Part shown: positions 49,426 to 56,981 of the stretch, piece by piece
Layout: each line of letters begins with the position of its first letter
How positions within the stretch are numbered: the first letter of the stretch is position 1
Source of the DNA: an uncultured Candidatus Saccharibacteria bacterium
GTDB taxonomy: Bacteria > Patescibacteriota > Minisyncoccia > Phycocordibacterales > DATDWN01
DNA: 64,000 nt
Assembly: GCA_964616425.1 (NCBI GenBank)
Contig: CAZTQY010000004.1
Span: forward strand, 46,251 to 110,250
Direction: 5' to 3'
Position numbers and translations under genes: made by a program
The notes under the pieces: generated by a model
The model's database searches: none
Told to the model about the DNA's origin: nothing
Seen by the model: only the letters and a program-made list of their open reading frames with translations

Positions 49426-49769
49426 TATTTTGCTAGAGCTACTACTTTTGCAAAAGTCTCAGGATTCTCCTCAACTAGTGTTGCTAGGATCTTTCGATCT
49501 AGTAGGATTCCTTTTTTCTTTAGTCCTCCCATAACTTTACTGTATGAAGTCCCCATTTCCTTTAGAGCGTATGAGATCTTTACATTCCACATGTTACGAG
49601 CATCACCCTTTTTGTCCTTTCGGTGAGCAAATGCAGAAGCACCTGCGTGGAAGATAGCTTCCTGTGCCTGTCGTTCCTTTGTTGATCTTCCATTTCTAAA
49701 ACCTTTTACTCGTCTGAGTATATTTCGTCTTGATTTTAGTGCATTTACTCCTTTCTTTACTCTTGTCAT
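49425..49769 (-). CDS. rplT: 50S ribosomal protein L20
   Basis: Conserved L20 sequence. Confidence 0.9.
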   Translation of the reverse strand: MTRVKKGVNALKSRRNILRRVKGFRNGRSTKERQAQEAIFHAGASAFAHRKDKKGDARNMWNVKISYALKEMGTSYSKVMGGLKKKGILLDRKILATLVEENPETFAKVVALAK

Positions 49770-49793
49770 GTTAGTTTGTTATTTGTATTAAAA

Positions 49794-49982
49794 TTATTTC
49801 TTTATGTAGAAAGCGATATCCTTGTTGCTCATGTTGAAATTAACATCTCGGTTAGATGCTAGCTGAGCTCTTCGAGACTCCTTTGCTCTAAAGTGATTTC
49901 GGCCTGTAGCACGAGCTTTTATCTTGCCATTTTTACTGACTTTCAGTCTCTTTGTGAATGATTTGTTTGTTTTTGTGCTCAT
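49794..49982 (-). CDS. rpmI: 50S ribosomal protein L35
   Basis: Conserved L35 sequence. Confidence 0.85.
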   Translation of the reverse strand: MSTKTNKSFTKRLKVSKNGKIKARATGRNHFRAKESRRAQLASNRDVNFNMSNKDIAFYIKK

Positions 49983-50000
49983 TTTATTTCTCGTGATTTA

Positions 50001-50507
50001 TTAGGCTTTCTCTATTATGACACTTAGTCCCTTTGGAGATTTCTTGGCTGGATCAGCGATTTTATACTGTTCCGTTATGAGTTTTAGGACTCTTGCCATT
50101 CTTTCCTCTAGGAACTTTATATCCATATACTTAGTTCTACCAGGTAGAAATAGGTCTACTTTTATACGATTTCCTTCTTTTAGCCACTCTGAGGCTTTCT
50201 TAGCTTTGAGTTCAAGATCGTGCTCTCCAGTGCCAACTTTTACCTGTATATTCTTGATTTCTACAGTGTGAGCCTTGGTTTTTGCCACCTTTAGCTTCTT
50301 GTTTTCGGCATACTGAAATTTACCATAATCCATGATTTTTGCAACTGGGGGGACAGCTTTTGGTGAAATCTCTATAAGGTCTAGTCCAGCTTCTCGAGCC
50401 TTATCCAAAGCATCTTTAAAGGAGAGTTCCCCAAGATTTGTGCCGTCTTCCATGATTACACGGAGTGTTGGGACAGTTATCTGGTTATTGATTCTTACGT
50501 GTGAAAT
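50001..50507 (-). CDS. infC: translation initiation factor IF-3, probably initiating at a non-ATG (ATT) codon upstream of the track ATG
   Basis: Frame upstream of ATG 50453 continues in-frame as ...ISHVRINNQITVPTLRVIMEDGTNLG matching IF3 N-domain (RINxEIRAxEVRL); ATT at complement of 50505-50507 follows an in-frame TAA. Confidence 0.7.
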   Translation of the reverse strand: MSHVRINNQITVPTLRVIMEDGTNLGELSFKDALDKAREAGLDLIEISPKAVPPVAKIMDYGKFQYAENKKLKVAKTKAHTVEIKNIQVKVGTGEHDLELKAKKASEWLKEGNRIKVDLFLPGRTKYMDIKFLEERMARVLKLITEQYKIADPAKKSPKGLSVIIEKA

Positions 50508-50622
50508 ATTGAGTAAGTTAATTTATAAATATATCCAACAAAATATAGCATATTTTATGAGTTTGTGCAATTAAGCTTCCCAAGGTAAAAGTTGACTGAA
50601 CTCAGCTGAGTTTAGAGCAGAG

Positions 50623-51261
50623 TTATTGCACCACAAGTGTGTTTAGAATTGAGTTAAATATATCTTCTGCCTGTTGTTTTTTTATAACACCAGGTACAGC
50701 TGACGCTCTTTCCATATTTTCTGTATCTATAGAGCCAGAAAAAATAGTGATAAAATCATCTATAATAACCAAAGTTCTATTATCTGATATTTTTAAGTAG
50801 TACACCGTGTGTCCACAACCTTCTGCACCTTCAAATATTTTGTAACCTTTTAATACACCAAAATTTACTGAATCAATAAAACCTGGCGACTCTACTATCT
50901 CACCATTTAGGAAATTTTCATCTGGTATATAAGGACTCTTGGATTTCATGGTTTCAATTAAACTACTCTCAACGATGCTTATTGTTATATTGAAATCAGT
51001 TAGAGTTGGAATAGTTGTGTCTATTTCGCCTTTGAAATCACAGTAGTCGTGGTGTTCAAATGGAACCTCATGGTGAAGAGTTATTCTGTTTCTGTCACCA
51101 ACAACGGATATCGTTTTAGGGTATTTAAAAGATATTCCGAGACTTGAATTCCTGTATGTAGAAATGTTCGAATCTGGGACTTTTGTGTCAGATTTTCTAG
51201 TATAAAGATAGCCAGCTATTAGTATTAGTAATATTAAAATAGGTAAAACTAGTTTTTTCAT
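50623..51261 (-). CDS. membrane-anchored hypothetical protein
   Basis: Start MKKLVLPILILLILIAGYLY (TM anchor), rest extracytoplasmic. Confidence 0.4.
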   Translation of the reverse strand: MKKLVLPILILLILIAGYLYTRKSDTKVPDSNISTYRNSSLGISFKYPKTISVVGDRNRITLHHEVPFEHHDYCDFKGEIDTTIPTLTDFNITISIVESSLIETMKSKSPYIPDENFLNGEIVESPGFIDSVNFGVLKGYKIFEGAEGCGHTVYYLKISDNRTLVIIDDFITIFSGSIDTENMERASAVPGVIKKQQAEDIFNSILNTLVVQ

Positions 51262-51362
51262 CGTTGATGAGTATATCACAAAAGTGGATTGTGAGGTGTT
51301 AATTGTGCTCAATACATATATAATATATATACAGTTACGACCTTTATTAAATAATCTTTACT

Positions 51363-51938
51363 ATGAACAAAAACATATTATGGGGTTCGATTGCAGTTGT
51401 GGTGGTTGTTATATTTGTTTGGCTTCAGTTTTCAAATGGGGAAGTTCAGACGATAGATATAAACAATGTAGTGGGGGATACAGTTCAAGATAGCAACAAA
51501 AGCGCTAATACAACAAAGACTAATTCAGTATCAACAACAATAAAATCAACTCCAACACAAACTTTTACAAATATTTTGCCAAAAGTTGGAAATTATCAGT
51601 GTGATTATGAAGAGGTGACACAGAGTACACGAAGTACAAACACTGTTTATTTGGCTGATGGAAAAATGCGAGCCGAGTTTAGGTCAATGAATTCTGTTGG
51701 TGTTGGTTCAGGAAATGTCATGGTTTATGATGGCGTTAACTTGTACACATGGACAGAAGGTAAAACTACAGGAACAGTTTCTCACCCAACTAGTATTTCA
51801 GATTTTCCTGCAATTATTCCAAAGGATTTGGTTACAGGCATTAGTTTGGGCTCAGGTTTAAACAGTGCTAGTTGGTATTGTCATGCTTGGTCAAAAGACG
51901 CTAGTTTATTACAGAAGCCCGCATATTTAAAGATTTAG
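51363..51938 (+). CDS. membrane-anchored/secreted hypothetical protein
   Basis: N-terminal TM helix, T/S/N-rich linker. Confidence 0.4.
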   Translation: MNKNILWGSIAVVVVVIFVWLQFSNGEVQTIDINNVVGDTVQDSNKSANTTKTNSVSTTIKSTPTQTFTNILPKVGNYQCDYEEVTQSTRSTNTVYLADGKMRAEFRSMNSVGVGSGNVMVYDGVNLYTWTEGKTTGTVSHPTSISDFPAIIPKDLVTGISLGSGLNSASWYCHAWSKDASLLQKPAYLKI

Positions 51939-52039
51939 TTTGGCAAAAAATATATACAAATAAAATACTGCAATAATGAAAATAGTTTGCGAAATAATCT
52001 AGAACCAGTCGTTGTATCATAACTAGAAGTTCATATAAC

Positions 52040-52066
52040 AAAAACACCTCGATCGAGGTGTTTTTG
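52040..52066. terminator. bidirectional terminator aaaaacacctcgatcgaggtgtttttg
   Basis: Immediately 3' of tmRNA on minus strand and 3' of 51363 gene on plus. Confidence 0.65.
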
Positions 52067-52075
52067 TTTGTATTG

Positions 52076-52461
52076 TGGAGAAGCCGAGATTTGAACTCGG
52101 GTGCAAATAAGTTTTGGCAATGTTTCTACACGACGTAGTTGGTTTTGATTTTCAAACACGATTCTGTAAGCCAACAAAATGAATCGTATTTTAGTTTTCT
52201 TTGTGTCAGAACAAACTCGAAACTAAGTTGCTCTCAAGTCCGATGATATATCAACTATTTCCTGTAACAGACTTCGAGGAATAGCCGCCACTTTGGTTAG
52301 TCTTAAAAAAGATTAAGCGAAAGCGAGAGCGAATCCATTCGCCATAAATGGTGAAGGGATTGCCTTTGCAAAGGTGTTTTTAGCATCTATGCTTTGAAGC
52401 AGTTTTAAAAGTTACTTCAGCTTTGTCGTGCACATTGTCAAAGGACTTACTTGTCTATGCC
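52076..52461 (-). ncRNA. ssrA: tmRNA (ssrA), tag peptide reading frame encodes ANGFALAFA-stop (minus strand, ~52343-52314)
   Basis: Minus strand 5' GGGGAUGACAGGCAUAGACAAG (cf. GGGGCUGAUUCUGGAUUCGAC) with G3:U wobble acceptor; 3' end ccgagTTCAAATctcggCTTCTCCA (T-arm + acceptor); internal ORF GCG AAT GGA TTC GCT CTC GCT TTC GCT TAA; adjacent smpB; no protein ORF in region. Confidence 0.7.
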
Positions 52462-52649
52462 TGTCATCCCCCTGAAATAGACTTCTTGTTTATATTATTT
52501 TCTTTTTCTCATAATTTTTTCTTGTAACAGAATAATTTTCTGCTGAAAATTTTCTTTCTACTCACCTTTTCACAGGTTCCGTAGATACAAGAAAAAATTA
52601 TGAGTCAACGAAAATAAAAAGAAATTTACTTTAGCCGAATGATAGGGAA

Positions 52650-53093
52650 CTATCGGTCAGAAAACTCTCGTCTAGTTTGTCTCAAAGTATCCTCTTTTTT
52701 CAAAGTCTCTCGTTTGTCGAATTTCTTTTTACCTTTTCCGACGCCGAGATCAATCTTTAAAACTCTACCCTTATTATACACCGAAATAGGCACTATTGTC
52801 AATCCCTTTGTTTTTTCTATGGTGCCTAGCTCTAAGATCTCTTTTTTGGTCAAAAGTAGTTTTCGAGTTCGGTTCGGGTCATACTCCTTTGGTGCATTTT
52901 TCTCTTGAAAAGGCGGTATAAATGAGTTCAAAAGAAAAGCTTCACCTCCTCGGATAGTGACATATGCACCATCTAGGGAACCTTGGCCCTTACGGATAGA
53001 TTTTACCTCAAAACCAAAAAGCTCTATACCTGCAGTATATTTCTCTCCTATTTCATAGTTAAAACTGGCTTTTCTATTGGTGATCAGAGACAT
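52650..53093 (-). CDS. smpB: SsrA-binding protein SmpB
   Basis: Conserved SmpB sequence (FNYEIGEKYTAGIELFGFEVKSIR..., C-terminal basic tail). Confidence 0.9.
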   Translation of the reverse strand: MSLITNRKASFNYEIGEKYTAGIELFGFEVKSIRKGQGSLDGAYVTIRGGEAFLLNSFIPPFQEKNAPKEYDPNRTRKLLLTKKEILELGTIEKTKGLTIVPISVYNKGRVLKIDLGVGKGKKKFDKRETLKKEDTLRQTRREFSDR

Positions 53094-53164
53094 AAGGGTA
53101 TTGTAACAGATTTATTGACATACTCTAGTAAAACTATACTATTTTCTCGGGAGGGGATGCTACG

Positions 53165-53539
53165 ATGGCCGAAGTGATGAAACCCCGGAGATCGATTTCT
53201 GTCGTGCACGCTGCAGAACGTGCACGAAAGCCTATCCAGGAAATTCACGGGCTTCTTGTTGAGGGAGTTCTAAAGGGTTGCCGGGCGGAGAATGGCACGC
53301 GGCGAGTGTATATCGATTCGCTCGACGACTACATCTCCAAGATGAAAGCAACCCAGTCTGAGACGCAACAACCAGAGGAGGTGACCTTGAGCCAGGCGGT
53401 CATGATGTCCGGCTTACCTAGGGACATTATCAGTAACTGGGTTGATCACGGCGAGGTCGCAAGCCGGACGGACCACCTCGGAGTTCTTCTTGTGGACTTC
53501 AGTACAGTCCAGAGGAGGATGAAGGGTGTGCGTAAGTAG
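53165..53539 (+). CDS. GC-rich island ORF with excisionase/MerR-like helix-turn-helix (hypothetical DNA-binding protein)
   Basis: Promoter TTGACA-16-TACTAT, GGGAGGGG SD; VTLSQAVMMSGLPRDIISNWVDHGEVASRT resembles HTH_17/Xis-type motif; followed by hairpin gggggtagcaccaatgtgcaccccc. Confidence 0.4.
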   Translation: MAEVMKPRRSISVVHAAERARKPIQEIHGLLVEGVLKGCRAENGTRRVYIDSLDDYISKMKATQSETQQPEEVTLSQAVMMSGLPRDIISNWVDHGEVASRTDHLGVLLVDFSTVQRRMKGVRK

Positions 53540-53634
53540 GTCTGTGTGGCCGGTTTCCATAAGGGGGTAGCACCAATGTGCACCCCCTTTTCGTTTCTTT
53601 TATTTTGTTTAATATCGTGTATACTGGGGCTACA

Positions 53635-55572
53635 ATGACAACACCAGAAAGTCCAGAAAAAACAAAAATTGTAATTAAGCGAAAGGGTGGAGACAAAGAA
53701 CCAGAAAGAAATTCTCTTGTTGGTTATATTTTGTCTATTTTATTGATTTTTATTGTACTTTCTTCAATATATTCATTTATCTCTAACAATTCTGCTTCAA
53801 AAAAGGCTGATGAAATATCAATATCGCAACTTTCTGCAGATATAAAAGCTGGTCAAGTAAAAGCTGTAACTATTCATGGTGATTCTCTAGATGTTGAATA
53901 CAAAGAAGGCGATAGCAAAATTTCAAAAAAAGAACCTGGAGAAGCATTGTCTCAAACATTGGTTAACTATGGTGTGACAAAGGAGCAGGTGAGCGCAGTA
54001 AATATTACAGTAAAGAATGAGAATGGACTAGGTTACTGGTTAATAAATTTAGCTCCTATTATTTTTCCAATACTATTTATTGCTATATTCATTTGGTTCA
54101 TTACTCGTCAGGTAAAAGGTGCTGGTATGCAGGCACTTACTTTTGGCCAGTCAAAGGCTAGGATGATAGATCCCAATGACTCTTCGCAAAGAGTTACATT
54201 TAAAGATGTCGCTGGCGCAAAAGAAGCAAAAGAAGAACTTTCTGAAATTGTTGATTTTCTTAAAAATCCTAAAAAGTTTCTAGACATTGGAGCTCGTATT
54301 CCAAAAGGGATACTTCTTATGGGTGCCCCGGGAACAGGAAAGACATTGTTGGCAAGAGCTGTCGCTGGAGAAGCTGGTGTGGCATTTTTCTCTATTTCTG
54401 GATCAGAGTTTGTTGAGATGTTTGTTGGTGTTGGAGCATCTCGCGTAAGAGATTTGTTTTTGATGGCAAAGAAGAACTCACCGGCTATTATTTTTGTTGA
54501 TGAGATAGATGCGGTTGGCCGTGTTAGAGGTGTTGGAGCTGGTGGAGGAAACGATGAAAGAGAACAGACATTGAACCAAATACTAGTTGAGATGGATGGA
54601 TTTGAGCCAAATGAAAAAGTTATAGTTATGGCTGCAACAAATAGACCAGATGTTTTGGATCCGGCACTACTTCGACCAGGAAGATTTGATAGGCGAGTGA
54701 CTTTGGATTTGCCTGACAGGAATGATAGAGAAGAAATATTAAAAGTTCATAGTACAAAAAAACCTTTTGCAGAAGATGTAAATTTGAAAGTGATTGCTGA
54801 AAGAACACCTGGATTTTCTGGAGCTGATTTGTATTCACTAATGAATGAAGGAGCAATTTTGGCCGCAAGAGAAAGTCGGACAAAAGTTTCTCAGTATGAT
54901 CTCATACGTTCAATTGAAAAAGTAATGCTAGGTCCAGAAAGAAAGAGCCACATCCTTTCAAAAAAAGAAAAAGAGATAACTGCTTATCACGAGGCAGGAC
55001 ATGCATTACTTGCATCACTTCTCCCTTATGCTGATCCAGTTCACAAGATATCTATTATCTCTCGTGGTCGTGCTGCTGGGTATGTTTTGCATCTACCTAT
55101 CGAGGATCGAAAATTACAATCAAGAAAAGAGTTCCTGGATGACATAGCAGTTTCACTTGGTGGATATGTTACAGAGAAAATGATGTTTAACGATCTAACA
55201 ACAGGTCCATCAAATGATCTCCAAGTTTCAACTGCATTAGCTCGAGACATGGTTACAAAATACGGAATGTCTGACATGTTGGGTCCAGTTGCTCTCGAAG
55301 GTCAAGAGGGGAAGGCTTTGTTTGGAAGAGGTGTAGAAGAAAAATCTTTCTCAGAAAAAGTTTCTGCTGATATAGATGCGGAAGTTTCTAGAATCATGAA
55401 TGAAGCAAAGGATAAAGCAGAAAAAACTATTACTGAAAACAAAAAGTTATTGGATGCAATAGCTGTGGTTTTGATGGATAAAGAAACTATAGAACGTGCA
55501 GATTTTGAAAGCATACTCGTTGCACATGGAGTGACCCCAAAGAAAAAACTGGATATAGAGCATCAATCATAA
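53635..55572 (+). CDS. ftsH: ATP-dependent zinc metalloprotease FtsH
   Basis: Two TM helices, AAA domain [27 protein letters not shown] zinc site. Confidence 0.9.
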   Translation: MTTPESPEKTKIVIKRKGGDKEPERNSLVGYILSILLIFIVLSSIYSFISNNSASKKADEISISQLSADIKAGQVKAVTIHGDSLDVEYKEGDSKISKKEPGEALSQTLVNYGVTKEQVSAVNITVKNENGLGYWLINLAPIIFPILFIAIFIWFITRQVKGAGMQALTFGQSKARMIDPNDSSQRVTFKDVAGAKEAKEELSEIVDFLKNPKKFLDIGARIPKGILLMGAPGTGKTLLARAVAGEAGVAFFSISGSEFVEMFVGVGASRVRDLFLMAKKNSPAIIFVDEIDAVGRVRGVGAGGGNDEREQTLNQILVEMDGFEPNEKVIVMAATNRPDVLDPALLRPGRFDRRVTLDLPDRNDREEILKVHSTKKPFAEDVNLKVIAERTPGFSGADLYSLMNEGAILAARESRTKVSQYDLIRSIEKVMLGPERKSHILSKKEKEITAYHEAGHALLASLLPYADPVHKISIISRGRAAGYVLHLPIEDRKLQSRKEFLDDIAVSLGGYVTEKMMFNDLTTGPSNDLQVSTALARDMVTKYGMSDMLGPVALEGQEGKALFGRGVEEKSFSEKVSADIDAEVSRIMNEAKDKAEKTITENKKLLDAIAVVLMDKETIERADFESILVAHGVTPKKKLDIEHQS

Positions 55573-55599
55573 TTGACATAAAAAATAAAAAGTCTATTC

Positions 55600-55824
55600 T
55601 TGCATTTGGAGGGAGACATGCTCTGTTGGCAAATAAGAGTTAAGGGTGGCATGAAGTTTGTTTGCGAAGGTGAGATTCTCATCAAAAGCAAACAAGATAA
55701 ATCAGGTGCAGACAGAAATGCTATGGAGTGCTCAAAATGTAAGGAAGAGTATCCTCAGCTTGTTCGTTCAGATAAGGCTGAGCTACTTCTTAAAATCGCC
55801 AGAGACATAGTTACTAGAAAATAA
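55600..55824 (+). CDS. small Cys-containing hypothetical protein (possible zinc ribbon)
   Basis: CxxxxxxxxxxxxC...CSKC spacing; followed by terminator aaggccggattgatccggcctt (55825-55848). Confidence 0.3.
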   Translation: MHLEGDMLCWQIRVKGGMKFVCEGEILIKSKQDKSGADRNAMECSKCKEEYPQLVRSDKAELLLKIARDIVTRK

Positions 55825-55901
55825 GGCCGGATTGATCCGGCCTTAAGCGTTTATATTTTTTTAAAAGTGTGCTAATTTATATGGGTTAATGTAATACAAA
55901 T

Positions 55902-55956
55902 GCGCCTGTACCTGCCCGCAGTGCTACGCACAGCGTTGCAGGCGGGGCTCAGTTTA
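55902..55956 (+). repeat. partial duplicate of tRNA-Ile 5' end (gcgcctgta + 36-37-nt GC-rich insert + gctcagtt)
   Basis: 19 of the first 20 tRNA nucleotides recur 300 nt upstream of the intact tRNA, bracketing the GIY-YIG ORF. Confidence 0.45.
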
Positions 55957-55967
55957 ATTTAGATTTT

Positions 55968-56204
55968 ATGTTTTATACATATGTTCTAAAAAGTTTAAAA
56001 GATAGTGAGTTGTATATTGGCTTTTCCAAGGATTTGAAAAATAGGATCAAGGAACATCATAAAGGTTTAGTTCCTGCAACAAGAGACAGGAGACCCTTAG
56101 AGCTAGTGTACTATGAGGCTTGCTTGAGTTATAGTAAGGCTGTTGAACGGGAAAAGTCGTTAAAAACTGGTTTCGGTCGTTCATATTTAAAAAGACGAAT
56201 ATAA
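55968..56204 (+). CDS. small GIY-YIG nuclease-domain protein (UPF0213/YhbQ-like)
   Basis: YTYVLKS...SELYIGFSKDLKNRIKEHHKG...R...LVYYE...E...K matches GIY-YIG catalytic core spacing. Confidence 0.6.
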   Translation: MFYTYVLKSLKDSELYIGFSKDLKNRIKEHHKGLVPATRDRRPLELVYYEACLSYSKAVEREKSLKTGFGRSYLKRRI

Positions 56205-56208
56205 TCAT

Positions 56209-56282
56209 GCGCCTGTAGCTCAGTTGGTTAGAGCACAGAGCTTATACCTCTGGGGTCCCAGGTTCGAATCCTGGCAGGCGCA
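56209..56282 (+). tRNA. tRNA-Ile with anticodon UAU (AUA-decoding)
   Basis: Cloverleaf: acceptor gcgcctg/caggcgc, D-arm gctc-agttggtta-gagc, anticodon stem cagag/ctctg with loop cTTATAc, T-arm ccagg-ttcgaat-cctgg, discriminator A; CCA not encoded. Confidence 0.8.
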
Positions 56283-56289
56283 CACGACG

Positions 56290-56320
56290 AAAAAAATCTC
56301 CTGAACGGAGATTTTTTCGT
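56290..56320 (+). terminator. terminator aaaaaaatctcctgaacggagattttttcg
   Basis: Hairpin + T-run after tRNA. Confidence 0.6.
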
Positions 56321-56477
56321 ACGCGTGCGAGGCACAGGCCGACGGGCCGAGCCGGGGTCGCGCAAAAATTCAACAGAATTTTATGCGTGACCACAGACGA
56401 AAACAAAATTATCCGTGACCACAACTAAATAATGCAAAAGGTCTGCAATCAAATTGCAGACCAAATGGGAACCTCCT

Positions 56478-56930
56478 TTATTTTTTGAACCCGAGTCTTT
56501 TGCGTCTGTGACGCACATTGTAAGCGGGGAATGATGGCGAGACCAGGAGTGCGATTTCTTTATCCGTTTTTGTTCTCCAGTTATCCTTTATGAGCATTTC
56601 GAGCTTGTGGTTTGGGCGAGAGTTAGTGTGACAGTGTCTCGAGAAACCAAGTTTGACTCTCAGTTTCTGGAATCCGAGAAAACTGTAACCAAGCTCGTTT
56701 GCCATCTCTGCATCGGACATCGAGTCTTTGTTTTCCTCGATGAACTTTTTTATCTGGTTATGCGGTATCCTTTCTTCGCTAGACTTTGCTCTCAGCACAC
56801 CATCCAGTAGTCTTACTTTTTGGATGGTACTTTTGGATAGCCCAGTGGCTTCTGCAAGTTTGGAGTCTGAGAGTAATTTGGCGTTCTTTCTGACAAACTG
56901 CTTATCTTCCTTCGTGACAAATCGGCGCAT
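56478..56930 (-). CDS. helix-turn-helix DNA-binding protein, hypothetical regulator
   Basis: Two HTH-like segments (LSDSKLAEATGLSKSTIQKVRL; MSDAEMANELGYSFLGFQKLRVKLG). Confidence 0.45.
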   Translation of the reverse strand: MRRFVTKEDKQFVRKNAKLLSDSKLAEATGLSKSTIQKVRLLDGVLRAKSSEERIPHNQIKKFIEENKDSMSDAEMANELGYSFLGFQKLRVKLGFSRHCHTNSRPNHKLEMLIKDNWRTKTDKEIALLVSPSFPAYNVRHRRKRLGFKK

Positions 56931-56981
56931 GCTCCTCCGGAGTCTAAGGTGTTTTATATATAATTTTTATGATTACGTCAA

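Noticed and set aside
51300-53600. Prophage/integrative element at the tmRNA locus
   Set aside because: No integrase, no duplicated ssrA 3' end att repeat seen; only a small HTH ORF, so not called a mobile element.
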